From NCBI GenBank assembly GCA_002774795.1, contig PCYI01000001.1, positions 12,116-58,604 of the forward strand: DNA of 46,489 nucleotides, read 5' to 3'. The translations under genes and the position numbers were made by a program. Shown one piece after another: positions 7,768-20,800 of this stretch. Within the stretch, counting starts at the first letter, position 1, and the number at the start of each line of letters is the position of its first letter. The notes below the pieces were generated by a model. It saw only the letters and a list, made by a program, of their open reading frames with translations, made no database searches and was not told where the DNA came from. This DNA is from Candidatus Vogelbacteria bacterium CG10_big_fil_rev_8_21_14_0_10_51_16 (lineage in GTDB: Bacteria > Patescibacteriota > Minisyncoccia > Phycocordibacterales > JACRKE01).

Positions 7768-7803
7768 GTTTTTAGTTTTTAGTTTGTAGTTTGTAGTTTG
7801 TAG
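7768..7803. repeat. Heptamer tandem repeat (AGTTTKT x5) immediately upstream of the YtxH-like start
   Basis: agtttttagtttttagtttgtagtttgtagtttgtag. In the gene orientation it reads (CTACAAA)3(CTAAAAA)2 and ends about 10 nt before the ATG. Confidence 0.8.
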
Positions 7804-7817
7804 TAAAACAGAGGTGG

Positions 7818-8123
7818 TTATTCAGGCTCCTCCTTCTTTGTGGAACGCTTTCTCTTGCGCTCCCGTCTTCTTTTGATAAAGGAGTTAAACAAAGTGGAAA
7901 GTATGCGTAACTCAAAACCTCGCTCGCGCACATTCATGCGGGCATCTGTTATATCTTGACGGATGAGCTCCCCTTCTTCTTTCACGAGGTCGGAAAGAGA
8001 TTTTATGTTACGTAGAATTCCCGCCAAGTAAATGAGAACTGCGAGCACGCAGGCTGTCACCAAAATAACCGAGATGGTGGTCACGAAAAAAAATACGTCA
8101 GAGCGGGCTATTGCTTCCTCCAT
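7818..8123 (-). CDS. DUF948-like small membrane protein
   Basis: Start at MEEAIARS (8123). One TM helix (FFFVTTISVILVTACVLAVLIYLAGIL), a coiled segment, and a basic tail. Confidence 0.45.
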   Translation of the reverse strand: MEEAIARSDVFFFVTTISVILVTACVLAVLIYLAGILRNIKSLSDLVKEEGELIRQDITDARMNVRERGFELRILSTLFNSFIKRRRERKRKRSTKKEEPE

Positions 8124-8170
8124 TACCGCAGTATAACAGTATTCAAAAGACAATCTAGTGGAGAACCCCA

Positions 8171-8205
8171 AACAACAAAAAGCGGCCGAAGCCGCTCTTT
8201 ATTGT
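8171..8205 (-). terminator. Intrinsic terminator (family F hairpin) after the transglycosylase-like gene
   Basis: On the minus strand ACAATAAAGAGCGGC-ttcg-GCCGCTTTTTGTTGTTTGG gives a stem followed by a T-rich run. Confidence 0.6.
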
Positions 8206-8248
8206 GGGTGCAGTCGCCCGATATCTGAAAACTGATATCTGGCAACTT

Positions 8249-8710
8249 TTACTTCATAGCCACCTTACGGTAGCAGGTCCAATGATGCTCTTTGTCATTG
8301 GCAAGCGCCCAGATGGCTAACTTGATACTGTCTTCGTTGTCGTAATAGTCGAGCTCTTCGCCAAACTTCTTTGCAAACTCATCGAAGGTTGGTCGATGAA
8401 ACTGAAAGGTGCCGAAGGCGCGCCCATTGTCTCCATATACGTTTGCCCGCAAACTAGATTCGCACATGGCGATATCGAGGGCAAGCTTCTTTGGAACTTC
8501 AAACTCATGCGCGTATGTCTCGATAAGAGCCGTCACACACTCTTTTGAATGTTTTTCAGCCTCGTCAGCACACGCCTTTCGCTTCTTTTCCTCAAGTGCT
8601 CTCACTTCCTGACTTTTTGTCTCCTTGTCTGGAATGACTACTGCGGCAATATCCGCATGGGTAAGTGTGGGCGTGGTTGTACCTACGCTAAACAACATAA
8701 GTGCGCTCAC
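8249..8710 (-). CDS. Secreted lytic transglycosylase (SLT)-like domain protein
   Basis: Signal-like N-terminus. ALDIAMCESSLRANVYGDNGRAFGTFQF resembles the catalytic E-S plus G-x-x-Q region of SLT domains. Confidence 0.5.
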   Translation of the reverse strand: MSALMLFSVGTTTPTLTHADIAAVVIPDKETKSQEVRALEEKKRKACADEAEKHSKECVTALIETYAHEFEVPKKLALDIAMCESSLRANVYGDNGRAFGTFQFHRPTFDEFAKKFGEELDYYDNEDSIKLAIWALANDKEHHWTCYRKVAMK

Positions 8711-9205
8711 GACCGACTTCTGGATTAAACTGTATAAAATACGAGGTGCTTTAGGTCATGCATCCAGGGATGGCCACAGGACAATAATGTCACCATGTCA
8801 AACCCTCACTCTTGCACCATTTTGGGGCGACGAACACCAAAATGGGCATAGCCTTTACTTTCACCCCCGCCGAGCGCTTCAAACGATCTTTGGGAGCTCC
8901 TTCTCTTAGGATAAAACCCTAGAAAAGTAAGCGCACCACTACAGGTGCGTGATGTAAAGGATATCAGATTGTAGTCAAAAAGTCAACCACTGCTCACGAT
9001 TTTAGACTGATTTCCGAATGTCTTATATGGTGTAATGATGGCTACGTAGGGCCGTATACTGTGACTTTTAAGTCTCTTATAACAGTGATACTGTATAACT
9101 ATCTAGTCAACTGTCTGGGGTTGGGTTTTGGGTCCCCAAATGAAGGTTTGTCTTTCCACTCTCCTGGATGTATACTTGACAGATAATCACAAAACTAATC
9201 ACTCC

Positions 9206-9799
9206 ATGCAACCACAATACACTGAGAAAACATTCTCTTTGGGTGCTATGAACGGCCTTTCCGAAAAGCAGATCACGGAGCACCTGAAGCTCTACACAGG
9301 GTATGTAAAAAATGTAAACAGTCTACTTGAGAAGACAGGAGATCTTAAGAAAAGCGAGGCGGAAAATGCCTATGTTCTAGCCGAACTGCGTCGTCGCCTG
9401 GGTTTTGAGTTTAACGGTATGCGTCTACACGAGTACTACTTTGATGGGCTCGGAGGCGATGGCTCACTCAACACCAAAGGCAGTCTCGGCGTGGCCCTCA
9501 CCGAGCGATATGGCTCTCTCGAAGCATGGCGAGAGCACGTGACCACTCTCGGCAAAATGAGGGGTATCGGCTGGGTAATCACCTATTACGACCCTGTCAT
9601 CAAAACATTTCACACAGCTTGGGTTGGTGACCACGATATCGGCCACCTGGGTGGCTTACCTATCATCTCCGCGCTAGATGTCTGGGAGCACGCATTTCTG
9701 TTAGACTACCTTCCTTCGGAGCGTGGTCAGTATATTGAGGCGTACTTCAACAATCTTCGCTGGTCTGCCTTGGAAGAACGATTTGCTTCTGCGCAATAA
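9206..9799 (+). CDS. Fe/Mn superoxide dismutase family protein
   Basis: FNGMRLHEYYF and DVWEHAFLLDY (the D-x-W-E-H motif). Start taken at MQPQYTEK (9206). Confidence 0.75.
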   Translation: MQPQYTEKTFSLGAMNGLSEKQITEHLKLYTGYVKNVNSLLEKTGDLKKSEAENAYVLAELRRRLGFEFNGMRLHEYYFDGLGGDGSLNTKGSLGVALTERYGSLEAWREHVTTLGKMRGIGWVITYYDPVIKTFHTAWVGDHDIGHLGGLPIISALDVWEHAFLLDYLPSERGQYIEAYFNNLRWSALEERFASAQ

Positions 9800-9802
9800 A
9801 AC

Positions 9803-10585
9803 ATGGAGGAAAACAACATTAAACCTATTGATACAAGCTCAGCCCTGAACATACCGACAGCTATTGTTATCGCCGGACTTTTAATAGGAGCGGCCGTGCT
9901 ATATGTCGGTCGCGACGCAAAGCCAGACGTGACAAAAGCGGAAGGAGTGTCTATAATCACCGAGGCCACGCAATATAAAGAAACTCTAGAGAAAGTACAG
10001 CCGGTATCGCCAGACGACTACATCTTTGGCGACCCTGAGGCTCCGGTAAAGCTAATTGAGTACTCGGACATTGAGTGCCCGTTTTGTAAGCGTTTTCATT
10101 TTGATACGATGGCCAAGGTGATGGATGAATATGGCACGGATGGCCGGGTGGCTTGGGTGTATCGACACGCCCCCCTAGACTCCCTGCACGCAAACGCGCG
10201 CGCGGAATCGGAGGCGACGGAGTGCGCGACCGTAAGTGGCTCTCCAGAAGACCGTAGGAGCAAAAACGACCTTTTCTGGACATACCTGAACACTCTCCTG
10301 GAACGCACCCCGTCGAATGACGGCCTCGACCTCACTGAGCTCGACAAAATTGCCGAAGAGATGAACCTTGATATGGTGGCCTTTGCGACATGCCGCGAAT
10401 CAGGCCAATTCACAGAGAAAGTGCAGTCCCAACTTCAAGACGCCATAGAGTCTGGTCTCGGCACCATCCCCAATACTGGCACTCCTTACTCTATTATCAT
10501 CGGCCGAGACGGCACTCACTACCTCGTCTCCGGCGCCCAGCCATACGAACAAGTAAAGCCACTCATTGAAAAGGCGTTGAAGTAG
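9803..10585 (+). CDS. DsbA-family thiol:disulfide oxidoreductase, membrane anchored
   Basis: N-terminal TM helix. Thioredoxin-fold active site YSDIECPFCKRFH. Confidence 0.75.
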   Translation: MEENNIKPIDTSSALNIPTAIVIAGLLIGAAVLYVGRDAKPDVTKAEGVSIITEATQYKETLEKVQPVSPDDYIFGDPEAPVKLIEYSDIECPFCKRFHFDTMAKVMDEYGTDGRVAWVYRHAPLDSLHANARAESEATECATVSGSPEDRRSKNDLFWTYLNTLLERTPSNDGLDLTELDKIAEEMNLDMVAFATCRESGQFTEKVQSQLQDAIESGLGTIPNTGTPYSIIIGRDGTHYLVSGAQPYEQVKPLIEKALK

Positions 10586-10623
10586 ACAGGCCACATGGCA
10601 TAAGGCGTAGGCAACCGTACTGA

Positions 10624-10676
10624 GCACTTTCAAGTGATACCCGGTACTTTTATGTAAAGTGCCTGGTACATTTTTC
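10624..10676. terminator. Family E conserved hairpin/terminator in the convergent DsbA-like / rpoD spacer
   Basis: GGTACTTT-tatgt-AAAGTGCC is followed by TGGTACATTTTTCTTTC. A roughly 40-nt core is shared, in reverse orientation, with 37416-37463. Confidence 0.5.
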
Positions 10677-10744
10677 TTTCAGTCAACGCCATCCGCACAT
10701 CTGTTAATTGTCAATTGTTAGTGGTCAATTGTGCGTTTGCTCGA

Positions 10745-12232
10745 TCAGTAATTGAGCAAACGCTTAGCCTTTTCATGGAAGCGAATCTTTTCGTGCGCTT
10801 TGGCTTCGATTTGGCGAATACGCTCGCGGGTGACACCAAACTCCTTGCCCACCTCCTCTAAAGTACGCATTACCCCGTCGTCGAGACCATGCCGCATCTC
10901 TAATATCTTTCGCTCTTTGGGTGAGAGGTCGTTTAAAATCTCGCGAATCTGGTCACGTAAAATGCGCCGAGACGACTCATTGTCTGGCGACAAAATCTTT
11001 TCATCGGCGATAAAGTCCCCGAGCATAGATTTATCTTCTGACGAATCCCCGACGGGGGACTCTAGTGAAATAGTGCTTTGGTCTATCTTCTCAATCTGGT
11101 GGACCTTATCCACCTCGAGTCCCATTTCAATAGCAATCTCCTCTGGTAATGGTTCGCGACCAAGATCCTGAGAAAGACGCCTCACCACCTGCTTGTATTT
11201 GGCGATAGTCTCTACCATGTGAACCGGAATACGGATGGTGCGTGATTGATCGGCAAGAGCGCGAGTAATAGCTTGGCGAATCCACCAAGTAGCGTAAGTT
11301 GAGAACTTGTACCCTTTTGACCAGTCAAATTTTTCAACAGCCTTAAACAGACCCATGTTTCCTTCTTGGATAAGGTCGAGAAGGGTCAGATCACTCGAAC
11401 GGCCGATATACTTCTTGGCGATAGAGACCACAAGGCGCAGGTTTGCCTTTACCAATAGATCACTAGCCTCTTTTTCTCCGAGAGCGATGCGCTTAGAGAG
11501 GTCTCTTTCGTCTGCCGCCGTAATGAGCTTATATTTGCCAATCTCACGCAGATACATCTGTACGGAATCAAGCCCTCCGTCACGCGATCGGCCAGATGAT
11601 TTGCCCTTGTACACAACCTCTTCTTCGGCAGAGGTGTCTAGTAGACCACCGCCCTCTAAAACATCAATGCCTGACTCATCAAACTTTTCATATAACTCAT
11701 CTAGAAAGATAACGTCATTCTCTATGTTTGGAAACTCCTTTAAAATTTCATGGTAGGTGATAAATCCTTTGGTGCGCCCTCTATCTATAAGCTGATTTAT
11801 CTTTTGCCCACGCACCCCTTTTTCACCGGACATTTTTGCTATGGCGGTATTGCGCCCCGGTCGTCCCCCGATTGCGATTCTGCCACCACTCCTAGCCTCT
11901 CTGGTTGTTCTGCTCGTGGAAACAGAGGGGATACGACGTGAATCCACCACAGCACTTCCTAAACCAGAAGACGAGCGCGTGGCACCCCCAGATCGCGCTC
12001 CCTTAACCGCGTGAGGTAGTACCGACCTTAAAGAAGCTCGTGATTTTTTAGCGGTCTTCTTGTTAGCTGGAGCGGGCTTAGACTTACTACGAAACAGTCT
12101 GGTAACAGTCCCCGCAGGCTTTCTCTTTGTCGACCCTCCGGAACGCACGTCGGCACCCTTGTGCCTACCTACTCTCGCCGGAGTGGCCAAGGTGCGAATT
12201 GAAACTTTTTGTTTGTTTGATGCTTTTTTCAT
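10745..12232 (-). CDS. rpoD: Primary sigma factor RpoD with a long basic N-terminal extension
   Basis: [54 protein letters not shown], and region 4 at the C-terminus. ATG at 12232. The internal Met at 11833 is an alternative start. Confidence 0.9.
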   Translation of the reverse strand: MKKASNKQKVSIRTLATPARVGRHKGADVRSGGSTKRKPAGTVTRLFRSKSKPAPANKKTAKKSRASLRSVLPHAVKGARSGGATRSSSGLGSAVVDSRRIPSVSTSRTTREARSGGRIAIGGRPGRNTAIAKMSGEKGVRGQKINQLIDRGRTKGFITYHEILKEFPNIENDVIFLDELYEKFDESGIDVLEGGGLLDTSAEEEVVYKGKSSGRSRDGGLDSVQMYLREIGKYKLITAADERDLSKRIALGEKEASDLLVKANLRLVVSIAKKYIGRSSDLTLLDLIQEGNMGLFKAVEKFDWSKGYKFSTYATWWIRQAITRALADQSRTIRIPVHMVETIAKYKQVVRRLSQDLGREPLPEEIAIEMGLEVDKVHQIEKIDQSTISLESPVGDSSEDKSMLGDFIADEKILSPDNESSRRILRDQIREILNDLSPKERKILEMRHGLDDGVMRTLEEVGKEFGVTRERIRQIEAKAHEKIRFHEKAKRLLNY

Positions 12233-12311
12233 ATAAAATTCTCCCCACACTCCCCCTTTGTAGCTTTTCTCAAATGGTCTTGGAAACAGTTCCTGACTTC
12301 TTGCCCGACAA

Positions 12312-14054
12312 TCAAGTTGTCTTTGAACGCAAACCTTGTAAGCGCTTACTCAAATCACCACAGCGTGCGACCATCTTTTCTATGTCATCAGCATTATGTC
12401 TCTTTTCCGCCTCGCGCAGACTCGCCAATGCCTCAACCAGCTCTTCTTTTAGAAGAGTCTCCTCGAGCGTGTCTAAAAGCTCGTTGATTTCTTTGATAAT
12501 ATCGGTATGGCCTTCGTAGGCAAGCTCCGCCTCAAATGTTTCGGCTTCTGAAACTGCGCCCAAAACAAGAGCGCCTCGTTCGGGACCGAGAAGATCATCG
12601 AACCTCTTCCGAGCTTCACCAACAAAACTCGAATCGGACGCGACTCCACCCTGCCACGCAAGGACTGAGTGTATCCTCTCTGCCACAAGTCGCCATTGTG
12701 GCTTTACCTCACCCTGCTCTTCAATTATAGTAGGGGCTTTCCCTAAAGTAACTTGAGAGGCATCTCGAGCCAGTGTGGAGATGTATTTTGTCACTGATGC
12801 ACCCACTGCCTCAACAGGCAGATGCAAAAACTCAGCAACAACATTTAGGTAGTGCGCCTTATCAAGCGCACTTTCTAGTCGTGCGATATACGGAATAACT
12901 TCATGCTCAACCACCCGGCGTTTTTCACTCTCTGAGAGTTCGCGCGTGGACACATGAGCCAAAACCGCATCGATAACGGGCTCTGCATTCGTGACCGCCT
13001 CCTGCCACTGCCTGGGATTATCTCGAATGAGATCCGCGGGGTCCTTTGCGTGTGGAAGTATTGCGATACGAATATCAAACCCATCTATAAGTGCCATTTC
13101 GATACCGCGACGTGCTGCGTTGAAACCAGCCACGTCCTGATCGAAGGCCATAACCAAAGTATGACACAATCGACCGACTAAACGCAAGTGGGTGGGCGTA
13201 AGAGCTGTCCCAGAGACAGCCACGGCGTTAGTCACACCAGCTTGATGTGAAAGCACGAGATCCATTTGTCCTTCCACAAGAATCGCCTTATCGCTTTTAC
13301 GAATCGGTACCTTAGCGTGATTGTATCCGTATAGGATAGCCGACTTACTGTAGACCGGTGTCTCTGGGGAGTTGATATACTTGGCCGGTTCTTGGGCGCT
13401 TGTCTTTGAGTCTCCAGGCAAGAGTCTACCGGAAAATGCCACGACCCGTCCTTGGGCGTCCTCGATTGGAAACATGATGCGGTTACGAAACCTGTCGTAC
13501 CAACCTCGCTCCGAACGCACCAGAAGTCCCGCCTCTTCTGCCAGCTCCTCCTTACAACCGCGACCTTTTAAGTAGTCGGCCAACTGTCTCCATCCATCCG
13601 GCGCATAACCTATTCTAAACTTCTTTGCTGTCTCTTCTGTAATCCCGCGGCCACGCACATATTCGGCAACCTTCGGATACCTCCCTCTTTCCTTCTCGTA
13701 GAAAGCGGCCGCAAGTTCCAGGATGGAACGAAGTTGAGACTGAAGGTCACGTTCCTGCTTTGACTCTCGAAACTCCTCTACATCTAAACCAGTTCTTGTG
13801 GCTAGAGTGCGCAGGGCATCCTTGAAATCAACCCCTTCAATCTCCTGTATAAAGGTGAAGATGTCTCCGCCTTTATTGCATCCAAAACAGTAAAAACTGC
13901 CCCTAGCCGGAGAAATGAAAAAGGATGCCGTTCTCTCTATATGAAAAGGACACCGCGCCTTTAGCGTGGTCCCCCTTTTTTCAACAGGGATGTAAGACTC
14001 GACAACCTCAAGGATGCCGACGCGAGATTTAATTTGTTCGACTAGAGAAGACAC
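12312..14054 (-). CDS. dnaG: DNA primase
   Basis: Zinc finger [30 protein letters not shown] and [17 protein letters not shown] prefer GTG 14054 (VSSLVEQIK). The ORF-track ATG 14105 would translate the heptamer array. Confidence 0.9.
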   Translation of the reverse strand: MSSLVEQIKSRVGILEVVESYIPVEKRGTTLKARCPFHIERTASFFISPARGSFYCFGCNKGGDIFTFIQEIEGVDFKDALRTLATRTGLDVEEFRESKQERDLQSQLRSILELAAAFYEKERGRYPKVAEYVRGRGITEETAKKFRIGYAPDGWRQLADYLKGRGCKEELAEEAGLLVRSERGWYDRFRNRIMFPIEDAQGRVVAFSGRLLPGDSKTSAQEPAKYINSPETPVYSKSAILYGYNHAKVPIRKSDKAILVEGQMDLVLSHQAGVTNAVAVSGTALTPTHLRLVGRLCHTLVMAFDQDVAGFNAARRGIEMALIDGFDIRIAILPHAKDPADLIRDNPRQWQEAVTNAEPVIDAVLAHVSTRELSESEKRRVVEHEVIPYIARLESALDKAHYLNVVAEFLHLPVEAVGASVTKYISTLARDASQVTLGKAPTIIEEQGEVKPQWRLVAERIHSVLAWQGGVASDSSFVGEARKRFDDLLGPERGALVLGAVSEAETFEAELAYEGHTDIIKEINELLDTLEETLLKEELVEALASLREAEKRHNADDIEKMVARCGDLSKRLQGLRSKTT

Positions 14055-14062
14055 GGCGCAAT

Positions 14063-14153
<91 letters not shown>

Positions 14154-14154
14154 G

Positions 14155-17100
14155 TTATGATATTTCTTCGTGCGTGCTCACAATGAGTGGCTTATAGCCG
14201 GTACCCGCAGGAATCAACCGACCGATGATGACATTTTCTTTGAGACCGACAAGTCTGTCTACCCCACCCTTAATAGCCGTATCAATAAGAACGCGTGAAG
14301 TATTTTGGAATGAAGCGGCCGAAAGGAAGCTTTGAGTGGTAAGGGCGACTTCGGTGATACCCTTGATCATGCGGGCAGACTTAGAAGCCACACCTCCGGC
14401 TAACTCGGCACGACTGTTTTCCTGATGCAATCGAGAGGTACTCACCACCTCCCCCGGGACGAGTCTGGTGTCTCCGGGCTCAAGTACGCTGTAGCGAGAA
14501 AACATCTGGCGAACAATCACCTCAACGTGTTTACGCGACACCTGCGCCCCTTGAAGAGAGTAAACTTTGTGAATCTCATTTAAGATATAGTCCTCGGCAA
14601 TCTCCTTACTACCATAAGCGAAAAGTTCTGTCAGGTTCGCGGAGCCATCCGAAAGTAAGTCACCCTTATGCACGCGATCCCCGGGTTTTACGAGCACAGT
14701 ACGAATGTTTGGCACAGTATATGTGACACTTGCCTGCTTTGCGTCTTTTGTTGTTTCCACATCAGACAATACGGTAATAATCCGTTCATGCGCATCTTCG
14801 CGGACCTCAAGGACCTCGCCGCTTGACTGGCTTACAATAGCGGGGCTCTTTGGTGGACGCTTTTCGAAAATCTCTTCTACTCGTGGCAAGCCCATGGTAA
14901 TGTCACCAGCCTCTTGAGAGATACCTCCTTGGTGAAATGTGCGCATTGTGAGTTGCGTTCCTGGTTCCCCAATAGACTGCGCGGCAATAATCCCTACCGC
15001 CTCGCCCAGATTTACCAGACGATTGCGACCAAGATCAAGGCCGTAGCAAGAACGACAAATGCCACGGATTGAGGTGCACGTTAACGGTGACCGGACGCTC
15101 ACTTCCGAAACCCCACTCTCCTCAATGCTCTTTACCTCCGCCTTCATGAGCAAGGTGCCCTTAATAACCACGGCTTTGCCGGCTGTATCTTTTACATCTC
15201 GTGCGAGAATTCTACCTAGAATAGCATTCCCGAGAGTGGCACCGATGCCAACAAGACTGCTTTTTTTCATTACACGACCGACAGTCTCGCCGCAATCTTC
15301 TTCGACGATAATGCAGTCTTGAGAAACGTCAACCAAACGTCGCGTCAAGTAGCCGGACTTTGCGGTGTTAAGAGCGGTGTCGGCAAGACCTTTGCGCGAA
15401 CCGTGAGTAATGATGAAATACTCCAGAGGCGAGAGCCCTTCCTTATAAGAAGGAATGATGGGAAAGTCTAAGGTCCGACCGCGCGTGTTCACAATAAGAC
15501 CAATCATGCCGGCCATCTGCGAGACCTGCGCCCAGCTACCGCGCGCTCCAGAAAGAATCATGTCTTGAATACTACCGTTTGCGAGAAGTGTTTTCGGAAG
15601 GCTCTTTTCAATAGCATCTTTGACGCCACGCCAAATCTCAATAGACATGCGATAACGCTCATTTTCAGAGATAAGTCCTTCGGCAAAGTTATCTTCAACA
15701 CGGAGTGCTTCTTCGCGGGCAACCGCCACGAGCGCGGCTTTTTCGGGTGGCGAACGAAGATCGTCGAGACCCCATGTAATGCCGGATTTGGTAACATATT
15801 TGTAGCCAAACGACTTTATCTTATCAAGCACAGCAGGAGTACCTTCGATACCATAACGACTTATAAGATCCTGGATCATGGTCGATAGTTCCCCACCCGC
15901 CACCTCATGGTTGATGTAAGGAAAATCGTTCGGGAGAATACTGTTGAAAAGCAAGCGACCAACCGTGGTTTCAAAGACCTTGCCCTCGAATGTATCGTAC
16001 TTAGCATGACTACCGGGTAAGACCTTGATCTTGGATCTAAATCCCACCGCTCCGAAATCGTAGGCGGTGATTGCCTGGTTAATCGAGGGGAATATCTTAC
16101 CTTCTCCAAGCTCGCCATCAATAGCCTTAGTCATCCAATAGCAACCCAGAACAATATCAAGCTTAGGCGTCACGATGGGATCACCGCTACCCGGACGAAG
16201 TAAGTTGTTATTTGCGGCCATTAGGTCACGTGCCTCCCCCTGAGCCTCAACCCCCAAGGGTACGTGGACAGCCATCTGGTCGCCATCAAAGTCGGCATTA
16301 AAAGCAGAGCAAACCAAAGGGTGAATACGGATAGCGTTTCCCTCTATTAAAACAGGTTGGAAGGCCTGAATACCCAAGCGGTGCAAAGTAGGAGCACGGT
16401 TTAAAAGCACATACTTATTCTTGATGACCTCTTCGAGGATAGCCCATACTTCCGCCGCCCCCTCTTCAATGAGTTTACCGGCTCCCCGGATGTTAAAGGC
16501 AAGCTCACGTTCTAATATCTTTGCAATGACAAATGGTCGGAAAAGCTCGAGCGCCATGTGTTTTGGTAGCCCGCACTGATGCAGTTTCAAGTCTGGCCCG
16601 ACCACAATTACAGACCTACCCGAGTAATCGACGCGCTTTCCGAGAAGATTCTGCCGGAAGCGACCCTGCTTGCCCTTGAGCATGTCCGCCAAGGACTTTA
16701 GTGGCCTTCGCTGAGCCTGCGCGAGCGCGCCCCCCGAAGACCCGTGACGAATAGAGTTGTCTATGAGGGCGTCAACCGCTTCTTGTAATATGCGTTTCTC
16801 GTTTCTTTGAATTACATCGGGTGCGTTAATCTCAATCAAGCGCCGCAATCGGTTGTTTCTATTTATAACACGTCGATAAAGATCGTTTACGTCAGAGGTG
16901 GCGTGGCGACCACCATCAAGAGCAACCATGGGACGAATCGCCGGAGGAGTCACGGGGATAACCGTTAAAAACATCCACTCGGGACGAATGCCGGAACGAC
17001 GCATGGCCTGAACAAGCTGAAGACGCTTCAAGAGCTTAGGCCGCGCCCCGGCGCTCGCTTCCTCGAGAGATTTCCGGATGGTCCCCTCTTCTTTGTCGAG

Positions 17101-17829
17101 ATCCATGCTTTTGAATATCTTATAAACCGCCTCCGCTCCAATAGAAGCCTCAAAAATGAGGCCGTACTTGAGGGAGAACTTGTGATACTGCACCTCATCA
17201 AGGACCATGCCTTCGCGAATAGAATCAATCTCCCGACGCACATCCACTAAAGATTGTTTGATCGCCTCTTTGGCTTCGTCACTCGTGGTCGACTTCATTT
17301 TGGACTTAAACTCTTGGTCAAGCTCTCGCAAAAGTTTCTTTTTGTCGTCCTCTTGCACCTTCACCACAATATAACCGGCAAAGTAGATTACCTTTTCTAT
17401 ATCAGCCATAGACAGGTCTAAGAGAAGACCTATCTTTGAGGACGGCACACCTCGCAAAAACCAAATATGTGCCACGGGAGAAGATAGCTCTATGTGGCCC
17501 ATCCTTTCGCGTCGAACAATTGAGCGCGTCACTTCCACGCCACACTTCTCACAGACGATATCCTTATAACGAATCCGTCTGTACTTGCCACAATAACATT
17601 CATAATCTTTCTCGGGACCAAAAATCTTCTCACAAAAAAGCCCGTTTCTTTCACTGCGCTGGGTACGGTAGTTAATAGTCTCCGGTTTTGTAACCTCCCC
17701 GTGTGACCACTCGCGGATACGATCAGGAGAGGCGAGCTTGAGCGAGATTGCGTTGAAGTTAGAGACAGGGGTGCCGGTCGCATCCCACGTCGTCTCACGC
17801 ATTCGATTGTTATAAGTTTGGGTTTCCAT
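14155..17829 (-). CDS. rpoC: DNA-directed RNA polymerase subunit beta-prime
   Basis: 1224 aa. Catalytic [13 protein letters not shown] and N-terminal zinc motif CYCGKY...CEKCGVEV. Confidence 0.97.
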   Translation of the reverse strand: METQTYNNRMRETTWDATGTPVSNFNAISLKLASPDRIREWSHGEVTKPETINYRTQRSERNGLFCEKIFGPEKDYECYCGKYRRIRYKDIVCEKCGVEVTRSIVRRERMGHIELSSPVAHIWFLRGVPSSKIGLLLDLSMADIEKVIYFAGYIVVKVQEDDKKKLLRELDQEFKSKMKSTTSDEAKEAIKQSLVDVRREIDSIREGMVLDEVQYHKFSLKYGLIFEASIGAEAVYKIFKSMDLDKEEGTIRKSLEEASAGARPKLLKRLQLVQAMRRSGIRPEWMFLTVIPVTPPAIRPMVALDGGRHATSDVNDLYRRVINRNNRLRRLIEINAPDVIQRNEKRILQEAVDALIDNSIRHGSSGGALAQAQRRPLKSLADMLKGKQGRFRQNLLGKRVDYSGRSVIVVGPDLKLHQCGLPKHMALELFRPFVIAKILERELAFNIRGAGKLIEEGAAEVWAILEEVIKNKYVLLNRAPTLHRLGIQAFQPVLIEGNAIRIHPLVCSAFNADFDGDQMAVHVPLGVEAQGEARDLMAANNNLLRPGSGDPIVTPKLDIVLGCYWMTKAIDGELGEGKIFPSINQAITAYDFGAVGFRSKIKVLPGSHAKYDTFEGKVFETTVGRLLFNSILPNDFPYINHEVAGGELSTMIQDLISRYGIEGTPAVLDKIKSFGYKYVTKSGITWGLDDLRSPPEKAALVAVAREEALRVEDNFAEGLISENERYRMSIEIWRGVKDAIEKSLPKTLLANGSIQDMILSGARGSWAQVSQMAGMIGLIVNTRGRTLDFPIIPSYKEGLSPLEYFIITHGSRKGLADTALNTAKSGYLTRRLVDVSQDCIIVEEDCGETVGRVMKKSSLVGIGATLGNAILGRILARDVKDTAGKAVVIKGTLLMKAEVKSIEESGVSEVSVRSPLTCTSIRGICRSCYGLDLGRNRLVNLGEAVGIIAAQSIGEPGTQLTMRTFHQGGISQEAGDITMGLPRVEEIFEKRPPKSPAIVSQSSGEVLEVREDAHERIITVLSDVETTKDAKQASVTYTVPNIRTVLVKPGDRVHKGDLLSDGSANLTELFAYGSKEIAEDYILNEIHKVYSLQGAQVSRKHVEVIVRQMFSRYSVLEPGDTRLVPGEVVSTSRLHQENSRAELAGGVASKSARMIKGITEVALTTQSFLSAASFQNTSRVLIDTAIKGGVDRLVGLKENVIIGRLIPAGTGYKPLIVSTHEEIS

Positions 17830-17872
17830 AAAAATAGTATTTATAAAGTAGGGATTCCTCTGGGGTAATCAA

Positions 17873-20800
17873 TTAAGCGGAGAGCGTCTCGTCTTCTGGT
17901 AAATTTTCCAAGCGCACATCAAGCGCAAGTCCCTTTAGTTCACTTAACAGTACATTAAAGGAAGCGGGAATATTTGGCTGACGAATTACTTCCCCTTTTA
18001 CAATCGCGTCGAAAGTGGCGGCTCGACCCTGAATATCATCCGATTTAATTGTGAGCATTTCCCGCAATGTGTGAGAGGCACCATACCCTTCTAGCGCCCA
18101 AACCTCCATTTCTCCAAAACGCTGTCCGCCTCTTTGAGCTTTTCCTCCAAGTGGCTGTTGGGTAATAAGCGAATAGGGGCCGACCGAACGCATGTGAATC
18201 TTGTCTTCCACCATGTGCGATAGCTTAAGCATATACATGTATCCAATGGCGATCCCTTGCTCATACGCTTCACCGGTTTGTCCATCAAAAAGCTTTGTTT
18301 TCCCGGATTCTGAAAAACCGGCACGCGCAAGCTCCTCTTTTATCTCACTCTCCTGAGGACCGAGGAAAGAAGGAGCGATGGCCTGATAACCAAGAGTGTG
18401 CGCCGCGAGCCCTAGGTGCATTTCCAAAATCTGTCCCAAGTTCATGCGCGAAGGCACACCAAGAGGTGTCAAAATAACGTCCACCGGCGTGCCATCGGCC
18501 ATGTATGGCATATCTTCTTCTGGTAAAATGCGAGACACGATACCCTTGTTTCCGTGTCGGCCGGCCATTTTGTCGCCTACCGAAAGGTTCCGCAACTGAG
18601 CCACCTCAATGAATATCTTCTTAATGATGCCGTGTTCCAACTTGTCACCCCGATCGCGTGAAAACACTTTAACGCCGATAACTCTGCCTCGTTTGCCATG
18701 GCCCATGCGAAGAGAACTATCCTTAACATCGCGAGATTTTTCTCCAAAAATAGCCCGCAAAAGCCGCTCTTCCGGCGTTAGTTCGGTCTCTCCTTTGGGG
18801 GTAATCTTGCCCACTAAAATGTCATTGGGGCCAACTTCGGCACCGATGCGAACAACTCCATCTTCGTCTAAATCCTTCAACTTTCCTTCGCCAACATTTG
18901 GAATGTCGTGAGTGGTAATTTCAGGACCAAGCTTGGTATCGCGCACAGCTAGCGAAAACTCCTCAATATGAATAGAGGTAAACTTACTCTGTTTAACTAC
19001 GCGCTCAGAGATAATGATAGCGTCCTCATAATTGGCGCCGCCCCACGACATGAAGGCCACAAACATGTTCTGACCCAGCGCGATTTGACCATGTGCGGTA
19101 GTGGAGGTATCGGCAAGAATGTCACCTTTTTTGACCGCATCGCCAAGATTCACCAATGGCCGATGGTGTGCGGCAGTAAAATCATTTGTACGCGCGAAGC
19201 TTATGAGCGCGTGCTCTTCCCTTGCTCCATCTTTTCCTTTCAGCACAATAGAGCGAGCGTCTACTTTTTCTACAAGGCCATCTAAGCCGGCAATCGGGAG
19301 GCGGCCCGTCGCCGTGGCCACGCGCCCTTCCATACCGGTAGCGACCAGAGGTACCTCCGGGCGAATACAAGGAGTGGCCTGTTTTTGCATATTTGACCCC
19401 ATCAGCGCGCGCGAAGCATTGTTATGCTCTATAAAAGGAATCATGGAAGTGGCGATGGAGTAGGCCTGGTTTGTGGCCACGTCTATGTAGTTAACCTCGT
19501 CTCGCGCCACCATACCGGGCTCACCGGCAACGCGAGCCTCCACTTCGGCTACTTCAATAGTACCGTCAGCCGAAAGCGGGATACCGGCGTGGGCAATGTT
19601 AAAATTCTCTTCGGCAAGAGCATTTATGTACTCAATCTCTTTGGTGACTTTGCCATTCTTTACTTTTGCATACGGAGTTTCTATTATTCCGAAATCATTG
19701 ATGCGGGCATAGGATGACAGAGTGAGAATAAGGCCGATGTTTGGACCCTCCGGAGTCTGAATTGGGCAAACTCTTCCATAGTGTGAGGTGTGCACGTCGC
19801 GCACTTCAAATCCAGCTCGCTCACGAGTAAGACCCCCCGCCCCGAGTGCGGATAGTCGGCGCAAATGTTCTAATTCGGAAAGAACATTTTCTTGGCGCAT
19901 AAACTGAGAAAGCTGGTTGGTTGTAAAAAACTCCTTAATGCGCGCCTGGAGCGCCCGCGGGTTCACTATTTGAACCGGAAGAGTGGTGGACGTGTCAATC
20001 GTAGACATACGGTCCTGAATATGGCGCTTCATTTGTGAAAGTCCTTGGCGCAATTTCAACTGAAGCATCTCCCCCACCAATCGCACTCGGCGCAACCCAA
20101 GATGGTCGATATCGTCCGCCTCTGCCTCCGGAGTGGTGTTTAGTGTGATGACATGACGCACAATGGAAACAAGGTCATCAAAATTAAGTGTCTTCTGGGC
20201 AAGAGCCTGCGCGTCCATTGGCTTTTCAAATCGTTTATTAAAGTGGAAGCGTCCCACCGGAGAGAGGTCGTACCTCTCGGGTGCGAACATGGCTGTAATA
20301 AACTCGCGCGCGGACGCCGGAGTGGCGAGATCGTTGTCGCGTAAACGGCGATATATCTCCACATGAGCATCGTCAGCATTCTTGGCGTGGTCCTTGGCAA
20401 AAGAGTTCTCGATATAGGGCACATCACTCGCAAGGTCGACAAAGGCCGCCTTAATATCGGCATCTGTCTTTCCTTGTCCAAGAACACGAAGAAGCGAAGA
20501 GATGGGGAATTTTCGTCGACGATCGATGCGTACGTAGATGACACCGTCTGCCTCTGTTTCAATCTCTATCCACGCGCCACGCACCGGTACGACTTTCGCG
20601 CCAAAATATCGACGACCCCTAACATCCTCCGCGTTAAAAAATACACCATAACTACGAGCAAGCTGGGGCACCACTACGCGCTCCACACCGTTTACAATAA
20701 ATGTGCCATGCGAGGTCATCAGCGGAAAGTCAGAAAGAAATATCTCCTGCTCCTTCTCCTCGTTCATCACTTTGTTTACAAGCTTCAAGGTGGCCCGCAT

